Below, piece by piece: positions 1 through 9,557 of a DNA stretch of 64,000 bases (within the stretch, counting starts at the first letter, position 1; each line of letters opens with the position of its first letter). The DNA is from an uncultured Klebsiella sp. GTDB lineage: Bacteria; Verrucomicrobiota; Verrucomicrobiia; Limisphaerales; SXTU01. The notes under the pieces were generated by a model. That model searched no databases. It saw nothing but the letters and a program-made list of their open reading frames with translations, and was not told the DNA's origin. The DNA lies in contig CAYZJP010000007.1 of the NCBI GenBank assembly GCA_964478755.1, positions 1,117 through 65,116 on the forward strand. Direction: 5' to 3'. The position numbers were made by a program, and so were the translations under genes.

Positions 1-2717
1 ATGTCGCCGACGACCTTGCTGCTCGGCGTGACCTTGACAATGTCACCGAAGAGCGTGTTGACCTCGGCGTAGGTGTGGGCGATCTCCCGCCAGCGGCCCG
101 CGAGGCCCATGCTGGCGGCCTGCTCCTTGAGGTTTGTGTATTGGCCGCCCGGCATCTCGTGGAGATAAACCTCCGCGCTGCCGGCCTTGGGGGCGGTGTC
201 GAATGGCCGGTAATACTCGCGCGCCAGCTCCCAGTAATCGGAGAATTCGTTGAGCGCTTCCAAGTCCAGCTTCGTGTCGCGCGGCGTGTTTTGCAGCGCG
301 GCGACGACGCTGTTCAAGTTCGGCTGGCTCGTGCTGCCGCTCATGCTGGCGATGGCCAGGTCCACCACGTCCACGCCCGCGTCACAGGCGCGCAGGACCG
401 AGCCGGCGTTGATACCGCTGGTGTCGTGCGTGTGGAAGTGGATGGGCAGGCCGACAGTTTCTTTCAAAGCCTTCACCAGCTTGTGCGCGGCATAGGGACG
501 GCACAGGCCGGCCATGTCCTTGATGGCGATCATGTGCGCGCCCATGCGCTCCAACTCCTTGGCCAGCTCGACGTAATACTTGAGCGAATACTTGTTGCGC
601 TTGGGGTCGAGGATGTCGCCGGTGTAGCAGACGGTGGCCTCGCAAATCGCGTGCGTGTCCTGCACGGCCTCCATCGCGGCGCGCAGGTTCGGCGTGTAGT
701 TGAGCGAGTCGAACACGCGGAAGATGTCCATGCCCGAAGCGGCGGCGTGCTTCACGAAACCGGCGACGACGTTGTCGGGATAGTTCGTATAGCCCACGGC
801 GTTGCTGCCGCGGAAAAGCATCTGGAAGCAAATGTTCGGCACGCGCTTCCGCAGCTCGCGCAGGCGCTCCCACGGATCTTCGTGGAGGAAGCGCATCGCC
901 GTGTCGAAGGTCGCGCCTCCCCACATCTCCAGCGAGAATAGCCCCGGCGCGCGGCGCGCGAGCGCGTCCGCCACTGTGAGCATATCGTAGCTGCGGACAC
1001 GCGTTGCCATGAGCGACTGATGCGCGTCGCGGAACGTCGTGTCGGTGACGAGCAGGCGCCTTTGTTTGAGCACCCACTGCGAAAACTTCTTTGGCCCGAG
1101 CTTGTGCAACAGATCGCGCGTGCCGTCGGGTGGGACTTGCTTGTGATCGTAGGCCGGCGGCTGCGCGAGGGCGAACGGCTTCTCCGGTTTGAAGCCTTTA
1201 GCGTGTGGGTTGCCGTTGACGATGATGTTGCCCAAGTAACTCAGCAGCTTCGAGGCGCGGTCGCGGCGATGCTTAAAGGCGAACAGCTCCGGCGTCGTGT
1301 CAATCAGCGTGGTCGTGGCCTGCCCGCTGCGGAACACCGGGTTGTGAATGAGGTTTTCGAGAAACGGGATGTTCGTTTTGACGCCGCGGATGCGGAACTC
1401 GCGCAGCGCGCGGTCCGTGCGCTGAAGTGCCATCTCGAAGGTCTGGCCGGAGCTGGTGACCTTCACGAGCATCGAGTCGTAGAACGGCGTGATGACCGCA
1501 CCCGCAAAGCCCATGCCACCGTCCAGCCGCAGGCCGAAGCCGCCCGCGCTGCGATAGGTGAGAATCTTGCCGTAATCCGGCGTGAACTTGTTCTCCGGGT
1601 CTTCCGTCGTCACGCGGCATTGCACTGCGTAACCGTTGCGAGGGATTTGATTCTGCGGCGGCATCCCGACCTCCGGGCCGTGGAGCGGGTGGCCTTGTGC
1701 GATGAGTATCTGCGCGCGCACAAGGTCGAGGCCCGTGATCACCTCCGTGACCGTGTGCTCGACCTGGATGCGCGGATTCATCTCGATGAAGAACCATTCG
1801 TGCCGATCCAAGTCGTAGAGAAACTCGATGGTGCCGGCGTTGTCGTAGCGCACCTCGCAAGCCATGCGCGCGGCGGCGGCGCAGAGTTCCTTGATGACGT
1901 GCTCGGGCAGGCCGAACGACGGCGCGACCTCGACGACCTTCTGGTGCCGGCGCTGCACCGAGCAGTCGCGCTCGTGCAAGTGAATCACGTTGCCTTGCTG
2001 GTCGCCGAGAATCTGCACCTCGATGTGCTTCGCGTTGGGAATGTATTTTTCGAGGAAGACCGCCGGATTGCCGAACGCCCGCCCCGCCTCCGCCTGCGCC
2101 TCGTCGAGCAGGTTCGCGAGGTCTGCTGACTTGTGGACGACGCGCATCCCACGCCCGCCGCCACCGAACGCGGCCTTGATGATGAGCGGGAAGCCGATTT
2201 CCTTCGCCATCTTCAGCGCGTCGGCGCGGTCGGTGACAGGTTCCTCAGTTCCGGGAAGTGTCGGGACACCGATCTTTTGGGCGAGAGTGCGGGCCGCAGT
2301 CTTGTCGCCCATCATCTCCAGCAGTTCGGGACGCGGCCCGACGAACGTGATGCCCGCCTTCGCGCACGCCCGCGCGAACGCCGCGTTCTCCGACAGGAAG
2401 CCGTAGCCCGGATGGATCAAGTCCACACCGCGCTCCTTCGCCAGCGCCACAATGCTCTCGATGTCGAGATACGCACCGACCGGCCCCTTCCCCTGCCCCA
2501 CCAGATACGCCTCGTCCGCCTTGAAGCGATGCACGCCGAAGCGGTCCTCCTGCGCGTAGATGGCAACGGTGCGCAGACCCAATTCCGTCGCCGCACGGAA
2601 GACGCGGATGGCGATCTCAGAACGGTTCGCCGCCATCAACTTCCTGAAAGACTTGGGGGCCGCTGCGTCGGCTTGCTGTTCGGTGGAAATCTTCTTCGCG
2701 CTGCTGCGTGAACTCAT
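1..2717 (-). CDS. pyc: Pyruvate carboxylase, N-terminal ~905 codons (C-terminus lies beyond the left window edge)
   Basis: Absent from the ORF track because it runs off the window. My reverse-strand translation from ATG 2717 gives MSSRSS...KLMAANRSEIAIRVFRAATELGLRTVAIYAQEDRF (biotin-carboxylase N-terminus). Near the edge it gives ...AEVYLHEMPGGQYTNLKEQAASMGLAGRW...LFGDIVKVTPSSKVVGD (PYC carboxyltransferase signature). All sampled pieces are in one frame. The internal Met of LMAANRSE is an alternative start. Confidence 0.9.
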   Translation of the reverse strand, partial: MSSRSSAKKISTEQQADAAAPKSFRKLMAANRSEIAIRVFRAATELGLRTVAIYAQEDRFGVHRFKADEAYLVGQGKGPVGAYLDIESIVALAKERGVDLIHPGYGFLSENAAFARACAKAGITFVGPRPELLEMMGDKTAARTLAQKIGVPTLPGTEEPVTDRADALKMAKEIGFPLIIKAAFGGGGRGMRVVHKSADLANLLDEAQAEAGRAFGNPAVFLEKYIPNAKHIEVQILGDQQGNVIHLHERDCSVQRRHQKVVEVAPSFGLPEHVIKELCAAAARMACEVRYDNAGTIEFLYDLDRHEWFFIEMNPRIQVEHTVTEVITGLDLVRAQILIAQGHPLHGPEVGMPPQNQIPRNGYAVQCRVTTEDPENKFTPDYGKILTYRSAGGFGLRLDGGMGFAGAVITPFYDSMLVKVTSSGQTFEMALQRTDRALREFRIRGVKTNIPFLENLIHNPVFRSGQATTTLIDTTPELFAFKHRRDRASKLLSYLGNIIVNGNPHAKGFKPEKPFALAQPPAYDHKQVPPDGTRDLLHKLGPKKFSQWVLKQRRLLVTDTTFRDAHQSLMATRVRSYDMLTVADALARRAPGLFSLEMWGGATFDTAMRFLHEDPWERLRELRKRVPNICFQMLFRGSNAVGYTNYPDNVVAGFVKHAAASGMDIFRVFDSLNYTPNLRAAMEAVQDTHAICEATVCYTGDILDPKRNKYSLKYYVELAKELERMGAHMIAIKDMAGLCRPYAAHKLVKALKETVGLPIHFHTHDTSGINAGSVLRACDAGVDVVDLAIASMSGSTSQPNLNSVVAALQNTPRDTKLDLEALNEFSDYWELAREYYRPFDTAPKAGSAEVYLHEMPGGQYTNLKEQAASMGLAGRWREIAHTYAEVNTLFGDIVKVTPSSKVVGD

Positions 2718-2832
2718 AAGCCGGGACGTTTTACAGGACAGGGTGTGGTTGTCCAAGCCCGGATGCGCGCTCAAATTCGTGCCGATTGCGATTTGATCAA
2801 ACCCCTGCGATTGGGCCAGACTCTCGCTCGAA

Positions 2833-5800
2833 ATGAAATTCGCTTCCTCGTTGCCCGACTGCATTGCGCGAAGTGCGCGGCGTTCCGTCGGCCTTCTCAG
2901 CCTGTTGGCAGCGCCGGCCTTCGCCGACTTCCCCGTCCCTTACAACACTGAGCCGGACACGAATTCCGCACCGATGCCCCCCGCACAGGTCGTCGCGCAG
3001 ATGAAGCTGCCGCCGGGCTTCAAGGCCACTGTCTTCGCCGCCGAGCCGGATGTGCAAAACCCCATCGCGCTCGCGTGGGATGCGCGCGGACGGCTGTGGG
3101 TGGCGGAGAACTACACTTACGCCGAGCGCGCGACGCGCTTCGATCTGCGTCTGCGCGATCGTGTGCTCATCTTCGAGGACACGAATGGCGACGGGCATTT
3201 TACTTCGCGCAAAGTTTTCACCGACGAGGTGCAAATGCTGACGAGCGTCGAGGTCGGACGCGGCGGCGTGTGGTTGATGTGTCCCCCGCAGTTGCTCTTC
3301 ATCCCGTGCATGAACGGTGGCGACAAACCCACCGGCCCCGCCGAAGTCATGCTCGATGGCTTCACGCCGCCAGCCGAGAACTATCACAACTTCGCCAACG
3401 GCCTGCGTTTCGGTCCGGACGGCTGGCTCTACGGCCGCTGCGGCGCGTCGGCTCCCGGTGAGATTGGTGTGCCCGGCACGCCGAAAGACGCACGCATTCC
3501 CATGCGTGGCACGATGTGGCGCTATCACCCGACACGAAAAGTATTCGAGGCGCTGAGTTCCGGCTGCACAAACCCGTGGGGCCACGACTGGGACGAGCAC
3601 GGCGAACTCTTTTTCATCAACACGGTCAACGGCCATCTCTGGCACGGCATCACCGGCGCGCACTACGTCCGCCCGCACACGATTGACCCGAACCCGCGCA
3701 CTTATACGCTGATTGACCAGCACGCGGACCACTGGCACTTCGACACGGCACAGGACTGGTCGAAGTCCCGCGATGGCGTGGCGGACGCGCTCGGTGGTGG
3801 CCACGCGCACATCGGCATGATGATTTACCAGGGCGACAACTGGCCCGCCGAATATCGTGGCCGTCTCTTCACGCTGAACATGCACGGCCGCCGCGCGAAC
3901 CAGGAAATCCTTGAACGCAAAGGTTCCGGCTACGTGGGCAAGCACGGCGAAGACTTTTTCATCGTGCCGGACAAATGGTTTCGCGGCATGGAACTCACCT
4001 ACGGCCCGGACGGCGGCGTGTATGTGGCCGACTGGAGCGACACCGGCGAATGCCACGAGGCCAACGGCGTGCATCGCACCAGCGGCCGCATCTACAAAAT
4101 CACCTACGGCGAACCAAAGCGCCCCGCCGTCACCGACCTGACCAAACTCTCCGTCCCCGAACTCGTCCGCCTGCACACGCACGCGAACGAGTGGTTTGCT
4201 CGGCAAGCGCGGTTGCAATTGATCGAGCGCACGGCGAAATCCGCTGACTTGGCCGCCGCCACGAAAGATCTGCGCTCGCTTTTCGCCGCCGAGAAAAGCG
4301 TGGTTAATCAGCTCCGCGCGCTGTGGTCGCTCTACGTCCTCGGTGCGACGGACGAAGCCTTCCTCCTCGCCCAACTCCGCCACCCGAATGAGCACATCCG
4401 CACGTGGGCCGTGCGCTTGCTGACCGATTCGTGGCCGCTAGACACCGTGATGAGCCAGCGCCCCATAGCAGCCGACGTGAGGAGGCTCCAATCTCCCCAG
4501 ACGCCAAAAGCCAGACCCCAAACCCAAGCCAGTCAGAGCCTCCTCACGTCGGCTGCTACCACGCGGGAATTGGGCCGCCTCGCTCGCGAGGATGGTTCGG
4601 GGTTGGTGCGGCTCGCATTGGCCACGATGCTGCAACGCCTGCCCGTCAACCAACGGGCTGAACTCGCCAGTCCACTCGTCTCACGCAACGAAGACGCCGC
4701 TGACCACAACCTGCCTGCGCTCATCTGGTATGGACTCATCCCCACGGTGGAGAATCACGCTGGCGACCTTGTATTTCTCGCCCGCTCGTGTTGGCTGCCA
4801 CTCACGCGCCGTCTTATCGCTCAGCGTCTGGCTGAGGACATTGAGAAAAATCCTGCAGCGGTTAATCAGCTCATGGTGCTAGCAACCGGCGCATCTGAAT
4901 CGTTCCAAACTGACATCCTCAAGGGTGTCGGCGACGGGCTTGCAGGCTGGCGCAAGGCCACGAAGCCGAGCGCTTGGGATGCCTTCGCCAAGCTCATCAA
5001 ACGCTCGCCCAACGCCGCGCTCCGCGACCGCGCGCGGGACTTGAGCGTCGTCTTCGGCGATGGCCGTGCGCTTGATGAAGTGAAGCGCGTTGCGCTCGAC
5101 AAGGATGGCGAAATGAATGCGCGCAAGGCTGCGCTGCAGACACTAATTGAGAGCCGTCCGCCGGACCTGCGCGCGATTTGCGAACAACTGCTCTCTGTGC
5201 GCTTCCTGAACATCGTGGCCGTCCGCGGCCTCGCGCAGTTCGACGACCCGCTCATCGGTGAGAAGCTTGCCAAGAGCTACCGCAGCTTCCACCCAAGCGA
5301 GCGCCCTGCCGTGCTGGACACGCTCGTTTCGCGCCCGACGTTTGCGAAGGCACTGCTGGCCGAGCTTGGCGCGGGCAAGTTCCCGCGCGTGGACGTGACC
5401 GCCTTCCACGCACGGCAGATTCGCAGTTTCAACGACGCTGAACTGAACGCGCAGTTGGCCAAGGCTTGGGGCGAGTTGCGCGAGGCGGCGGCGGACAAGC
5501 AGGCGCTGATCGCGAAGCTGAAGACCCAACTCACACCCGACGTGTTCGCGAAGGCGGACAAGGGTGCCGGGCGCGCGGTGTTCAACCTCGCCTGCGCCGC
5601 CTGCCACCGGCTCTATGGCCAGGGCGGCGAAGTCGGTCCCGATTTGACCGGCGCGGGTCGCGACAACTTGGACTACCTGCTCGACAACATCGCCGATCCG
5701 AGCGCGGTGGTGAACGCGGACTTTCGCATGAGCGTCGTGAACCTCAAGGACGGCCGCACCTTGAACGCGCTCATCGCCGCCAAGACCGAGCGCACGCTCA

Positions 5801-5979
5801 CGCTCAAGACGATGACCGAGACCGTCACCGTCCAGCGCGGCGACGTGACGAGCTTGCAGGAGTCGTCGCTCTCGCTGATGCCGGAGGGTTTGCTTGAAGC
5901 GCTCACGCCCGAACAACGGCGCGATTTGCTCGCCTACCTCATGCACAAGACGCAGGTGCCCTTGCCGGACGGGAAATGA
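2833..5979 (+). CDS. PVC-type membrane-bound dehydrogenase domain / HEAT-repeat / c-type cytochrome protein (paralog 1 of 3)
   Basis: 1048-aa ORF. N-terminal signal peptide (LLSLLAAPAFA). FAAEPDVQNPIALAWDARGRLWVAE beta-propeller dehydrogenase motif, HEAT-like middle region, and C-terminal heme site CAACHRLYGQGGEVGPDL (CxxCH). Carries an in-frame palindromic insert at 4466-4558. Confidence 0.8.
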   Translation: MKFASSLPDCIARSARRSVGLLSLLAAPAFADFPVPYNTEPDTNSAPMPPAQVVAQMKLPPGFKATVFAAEPDVQNPIALAWDARGRLWVAENYTYAERATRFDLRLRDRVLIFEDTNGDGHFTSRKVFTDEVQMLTSVEVGRGGVWLMCPPQLLFIPCMNGGDKPTGPAEVMLDGFTPPAENYHNFANGLRFGPDGWLYGRCGASAPGEIGVPGTPKDARIPMRGTMWRYHPTRKVFEALSSGCTNPWGHDWDEHGELFFINTVNGHLWHGITGAHYVRPHTIDPNPRTYTLIDQHADHWHFDTAQDWSKSRDGVADALGGGHAHIGMMIYQGDNWPAEYRGRLFTLNMHGRRANQEILERKGSGYVGKHGEDFFIVPDKWFRGMELTYGPDGGVYVADWSDTGECHEANGVHRTSGRIYKITYGEPKRPAVTDLTKLSVPELVRLHTHANEWFARQARLQLIERTAKSADLAAATKDLRSLFAAEKSVVNQLRALWSLYVLGATDEAFLLAQLRHPNEHIRTWAVRLLTDSWPLDTVMSQRPIAADVRRLQSPQTPKARPQTQASQSLLTSAATTRELGRLAREDGSGLVRLALATMLQRLPVNQRAELASPLVSRNEDAADHNLPALIWYGLIPTVENHAGDLVFLARSCWLPLTRRLIAQRLAEDIEKNPAAVNQLMVLATGASESFQTDILKGVGDGLAGWRKATKPSAWDAFAKLIKRSPNAALRDRARDLSVVFGDGRALDEVKRVALDKDGEMNARKAALQTLIESRPPDLRAICEQLLSVRFLNIVAVRGLAQFDDPLIGEKLAKSYRSFHPSERPAVLDTLVSRPTFAKALLAELGAGKFPRVDVTAFHARQIRSFNDAELNAQLAKAWGELREAAADKQALIAKLKTQLTPDVFAKADKGAGRAVFNLACAACHRLYGQGGEVGPDLTGAGRDNLDYLLDNIADPSAVVNADFRMSVVNLKDGRTLNALIAAKTERTLTLKTMTETVTVQRGDVTSLQESSLSLMPEGLLEALTPEQRRDLLAYLMHKTQVPLPDGK
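4466..4558. repeat. PAL-5: perfect 23-bp inverted repeat (TAGCAGCCGACGTGAGGAGGCTC / GAGCCTCCTCACGTCGGCTGCTA) with a 47-nt loop, in-frame inside the dehydrogenase/cytochrome gene
   Basis: Arms at 4466-4488 and 4536-4558 are exact reverse complements. Translated in the host frame as ...IAADVRRLQSPQTPKARPQTQASQSLLTSAAT... Coordinates cross-checked against track ORF 4404..4661 (EPPHVGCY). Confidence 0.9.
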
Positions 5980-6854
5980 AATCCGTCCTCCCCGTTCTGC
6001 TCCCGCTGCTCGCGGCGCTGGTCTATGTCCTGGGCGCGTTGCTCGCCAAGCGCTCGGCGGAATTCGGCGTCGGCGTGTGGCGCACGGCCTTTCTCTCAAA
6101 CCTCGTCTCCGCGCTGCTTTTCTCGCTGCTGCTGCCATTTGGAGGGACGTTTCATCTCAAGCTGCTTTGGCAGCCGGCCGTCGTCGCGGTGTTTTACCTG
6201 CTCGGACAGTTGCTGAATTTCTTCGCGCTCCAACGCGGCGACGTGTCCGTGGCCACGCCGGTGATGGGAGTGAAGATAATTCTCGTCGCGTTGTTCACCA
6301 CGCTGCTGCTCACGTCAGGCGTGTCGGCGAAACTCTGGTGCGCGGCGGCCTTGAGTTCGCTCGCCATCGCGCTGCCCAACCGCGCCGACGGCACGCCTCA
6401 CCATCACGTCGGCGCAACGATCCTCTACGCCGGCTGCTCGGCGACGATGTTTGCGCTGTTCGACGTGCTGGTGCAAAAGTGGTCGCCGGCCTGGGGCGCG
6501 GGCCGGTTCCTGCCGGTGATGCTCAGCTTCACCGCACTGTTCAGCCTGGTCCTCGTGCCGTCCTTCCATGCGCCGTTGCGCGAAATTCCCCGCACCGCGC
6601 GGCCGTGGCTGCTGGGCGGCTGCGTGTTCATCGGGTTGCAATCGCTGATCTTCGTCAGTGCCATCGCGTGGTTCGGCAATGCGACGACTGCGAACGTGAT
6701 CTACAGCTCGCGCGGGCTCTGGAGCGTCGTCGCCGTGTGGGGTGTGGGGCATTGGTTTGGCAACCGCGAGCGGCACCATGGCCCGGGCGTGCTGCGGTGG
6801 CGGCTGGCGGGCGCGTTGCTGATGATGGCGGCGATCGCGCTGGCGCTGATTTGA
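5976..6854 (+). CDS. DMT/EamA-like integral membrane transporter
   Basis: 292-aa ORF, very hydrophobic with about 10 predicted helices. ATGA start/stop overlap with the upstream gene at 5976-5979. Confidence 0.65.
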   Translation: MKSVLPVLLPLLAALVYVLGALLAKRSAEFGVGVWRTAFLSNLVSALLFSLLLPFGGTFHLKLLWQPAVVAVFYLLGQLLNFFALQRGDVSVATPVMGVKIILVALFTTLLLTSGVSAKLWCAAALSSLAIALPNRADGTPHHHVGATILYAGCSATMFALFDVLVQKWSPAWGAGRFLPVMLSFTALFSLVLVPSFHAPLREIPRTARPWLLGGCVFIGLQSLIFVSAIAWFGNATTANVIYSSRGLWSVVAVWGVGHWFGNRERHHGPGVLRWRLAGALLMMAAIALALI

Positions 6855-6908
6855 ACGCCGCACTTTGCGCTTCATCGAAAACCGCGTTCCCCTCACACTT
6901 CGCCCCGC

Positions 6909-8159
6909 ATGCTGACCCTCGAAAAATTCACCATCGGCGTGGGCGACCGCTTCGCCCACCAAGCCAAGGCCCAACTCCACGCATTCCAGCTCGCCGCCGC
7001 ACAGGGCGTCGAAGCCGTTCCCGTCTGGAACAAATCCAACCGCGAGCACACCTTCATCGGCTCGCATCCGCAGAGCGTGTTCGACGCCGCGCAGGCCGCG
7101 GTGAAATCGCTCGGCTGGAGCAAGGGCTGGCACGTGGACGCCGACCACATCCGCCTCGAAACGGTGGACAAGTTCATGGCCTGTTCGGATTTCTTCACCA
7201 TTGATGTCGCTGACAGCATCGGCCAGCCCGCGCCCGCCGCGGAGGTCGCCGCGTTCGTCGCGCGCCATCCCGAACTCACCGGCACCGTCAGCATCGCGGG
7301 CGTCAGCGCGCCGTTCACCACCACGCGCGCCGACGTGGAGCGCATCGCGGCAAAATATCTCCTCGCCGTGAAGGACGCCGGGAAAATCTACCGCCACATC
7401 GTCGCGCAAAAAGGCGAGGGCGACATCATCGCCGAAGTCTCGATGGACGAGACCGACGCGCCGCAGACGCCGCCGGAACTGCTCGTCATCCTCGTCGCGC
7501 TCGCGGACGAGAAGGTCCGCGCACAGACCATCGCGCCGAAGTTCACCGGACGCTTCAACAAGGGCGTGGATTACGTCGGCGACCTCGCACAGTTCGAGCG
7601 CGAGTTCAACGACGACCTCGCCGTCATCGCGCACGCCGTGAAGCAATACGGTTTGCCCAGGAACCTGAAACTCAGCGTCCACAGTGGCAGCGACAAGTTC
7701 AGCCTCTACCCGATCATCCGCCGCGCGCTCCAGCGCACCGGCGCAGGCGTTCACCTCAAGACCGCCGGCACGACGTGGCTCGAGGAACTCATCGGCCTCT
7801 CCGAAGCCGGTGGCGACGGCCTCGCGCTCACGAAGGAAATCTACGCCTACGCGCTCGCGCACGTGGACGAACTGTGCGCGCCCTACGCCAGCGTCATTGA
7901 CATCAAACGCGACAAGCTGCCCAGCGCCGACGCGGTCGCGAAATGGACCGGCGCGCAAATGGCGAACGCGCTGCGGCACATACCGAATCATCCCGAGTTC
8001 AACGCCAGCGTGCGCCAACTCCTGCACGTTTCGTTCAAGCTCGCGGCGAAGGCCGGCACGCGCTACACCGATTTGCTGAAAGCCAGCGAAGCCATCGTCG
8101 CGAAGAACGTGACGGAAAATCTCTTCGACCGGCATTTCAAGCCGCTGTTCATCGGTTAA
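6909..8159 (+). CDS. Tagaturonate/fructuronate epimerase (UxaE) family protein, probable
   Basis: 416-aa ORF. The N-terminus LEKFTIGVGDRFAHQAKAQL...PVWNKSNREHTFIGSHP...WHVDADHI matches my memory of the UxaE family. No search was run. Confidence 0.55.
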   Translation: MLTLEKFTIGVGDRFAHQAKAQLHAFQLAAAQGVEAVPVWNKSNREHTFIGSHPQSVFDAAQAAVKSLGWSKGWHVDADHIRLETVDKFMACSDFFTIDVADSIGQPAPAAEVAAFVARHPELTGTVSIAGVSAPFTTTRADVERIAAKYLLAVKDAGKIYRHIVAQKGEGDIIAEVSMDETDAPQTPPELLVILVALADEKVRAQTIAPKFTGRFNKGVDYVGDLAQFEREFNDDLAVIAHAVKQYGLPRNLKLSVHSGSDKFSLYPIIRRALQRTGAGVHLKTAGTTWLEELIGLSEAGGDGLALTKEIYAYALAHVDELCAPYASVIDIKRDKLPSADAVAKWTGAQMANALRHIPNHPEFNASVRQLLHVSFKLAAKAGTRYTDLLKASEAIVAKNVTENLFDRHFKPLFIG

Positions 8160-8169
8160 AATCCTTTTT

Positions 8170-8251
8170 AGCCACAGATGAAACACAGATTGAACACAGA
8201 TAAGCTTCGGCCAAGGAATTCTGTGTTTCGTCTGTGTTCAATCTGTGGCTA
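8170..8251. repeat. REP-A intercistronic hairpin element, short form
   Basis: GCCACAGATGAAACACAGATTGAACACAGA ... TCTGTGTTTCGTCTGTGTTCAATCTGTGGC. Fills the gap between the stop at 8159 and the ATG at 8263. Confidence 0.9.
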
Positions 8252-8262
8252 AGAAAATCTTT

Positions 8263-9087
8263 ATGAAGTCTGCCATCACCATCTCGCTCGTCCCCGAAGC
8301 GCGGGGTGGTCCGTTTGTTTATTGGGATGACTTGGCCGCAGGGTTTGCCGCCGCCGCGCGGCACGGCTTCGACGCGGTGGAGATTTTTCCTCCGATGGCC
8401 AACGCCATTTCCATCGGGCACACGCGCGAACTCATGGAGAAACATTCGCTCAAAGTCGCCGCCGTGGGCACGGGCGCGGGCTGGGTGAAGCACAAGCTCC
8501 GTATCACTGATCCCGATCCCGCCGTGCGCGCGAAGGCGCGCGAGTTCATCTACGGCATCATCAACCTCGGCGGCTTCCTCGGCGCGCCCGCGATCATCGG
8601 CTCGATGCAGGGCCGCTGGGAAGGCGCGGTGTCGCGCGAACAGGCGTTCGATTGGCTGGCGGAGGAACTCACGGCCTTGAGCGAGCGCGCCGCCGCGCAT
8701 CAGCAAGTGCTGCTCTACGAACCGTTGAACCGCTACGAGACAAACCTGTTCAACCGCAATGCGGACGCGGTCGAGTTCGTCACTGCGCGCGGGTTGAAAA
8801 ACGTGAAACTTCTCTGCGACCTCTACCACATGAACATCGAGGAGCAGAACCTCGCGGAATCACTGCGGCGCACCGGCGCGCTAGTCGGCCACATCCACTT
8901 TGCGGACAGCAACCGTCGCGCGATGGGTCTTGGGCACACGGACATTGCGCCCATCGCTGCTGCGTTGAAGGAAATCGGCTACGCGGGTTACGTCTCCGCA
9001 GAGATTCATCCTTTGCCCGACACTGAGATCGCCGCGTCCCAGACGATGGCAAGCTTCCGCAAACACATTCTGAATTCCGTCTCCTGA
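8263..9087 (+). CDS. Sugar phosphate isomerase/epimerase (xylose-isomerase-like TIM barrel)
   Basis: Track ORF is 8245..9087. I trimmed it to ATG 8263 because 8245-8251 lies inside the REP-A hairpin. Motifs GFDAVEIF, LLYEPLNRYETNL and HIHFADSNR are typical of the AP-endonuclease-2/TIM-barrel family. Confidence 0.75.
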   Translation: MKSAITISLVPEARGGPFVYWDDLAAGFAAAARHGFDAVEIFPPMANAISIGHTRELMEKHSLKVAAVGTGAGWVKHKLRITDPDPAVRAKAREFIYGIINLGGFLGAPAIIGSMQGRWEGAVSREQAFDWLAEELTALSERAAAHQQVLLYEPLNRYETNLFNRNADAVEFVTARGLKNVKLLCDLYHMNIEEQNLAESLRRTGALVGHIHFADSNRRAMGLGHTDIAPIAAALKEIGYAGYVSAEIHPLPDTEIAASQTMASFRKHILNSVS

Positions 9088-9105
9088 CTTCCGACTCCTT
9101 TCCCC

Positions 9106-9552
9106 ATGCTGAAAACCCAGCTCCTTCATCCCGACATTCTGCGCATCTGCGCGCAGGCTGGGCATCACGCGAAGATTCTCATCGCCGACGGCAACTATCC
9201 CGCCTCGACGAAGAAGGGGCCGAACGCCGAGCTGATCTGCCTGAATCTTTCGCCCGGCTGCGTGACCGTGGCGCATGTGCTGCGCGCGGTGTTGAGCGCG
9301 GTGCCGGTGGACTATTTGAACACGATGGGCATCCCGGCGGACGACGCTTACGCGAAGTTCGGCGAGCCGCCCGCGTGGGCTGAGTTCCGCGCCATTGCCA
9401 AGGAGGCGGGTGTGACGGCGAGCATCGAGCCGATCTCAAAGTGGGATTTTTACAAGCACGTCGAATCGCCCGACCACGTGCTGACCATCCAGACCGGCGA
9501 CCAGGCGTTGTGGGCAAACGTGCTGCTCACTCTGGGCTGCCGGACAAACTGA
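9106..9552 (+). CDS. RbsD/FucU family sugar mutarotase (D-ribose pyranase / L-fucose mutarotase-like)
   Basis: 148-aa ORF: LLHPDILRICAQAGHHAKILIADGNYPAST...LNLSPG, the typical RbsD/FucU pattern. Confidence 0.8.
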   Translation: MLKTQLLHPDILRICAQAGHHAKILIADGNYPASTKKGPNAELICLNLSPGCVTVAHVLRAVLSAVPVDYLNTMGIPADDAYAKFGEPPAWAEFRAIAKEAGVTASIEPISKWDFYKHVESPDHVLTIQTGDQALWANVLLTLGCRTN

Positions 9553-9557
9553 TTTTT

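Noticed and set aside
6315-8186. Long antisense or alternate-frame ORFs throughout the window. Examples: 6315..8186(-) 623 aa; 9690..11399(-) 569 aa; 11216..13474(-) 752 aa; 2797..4395(-); 14532..15878(-); 27048..28748(-); 47729..49432(+); 55512..57779(+); 59463..60740(+); 61308..62573(+).
   Set aside because: These are shadow ORFs of the kind expected in high-GC DNA. In every case the opposite strand or another frame carries a gene with clear family motifs. The shadow translations are Arg/Ala/Gly/Pro-rich with no recognisable motifs.
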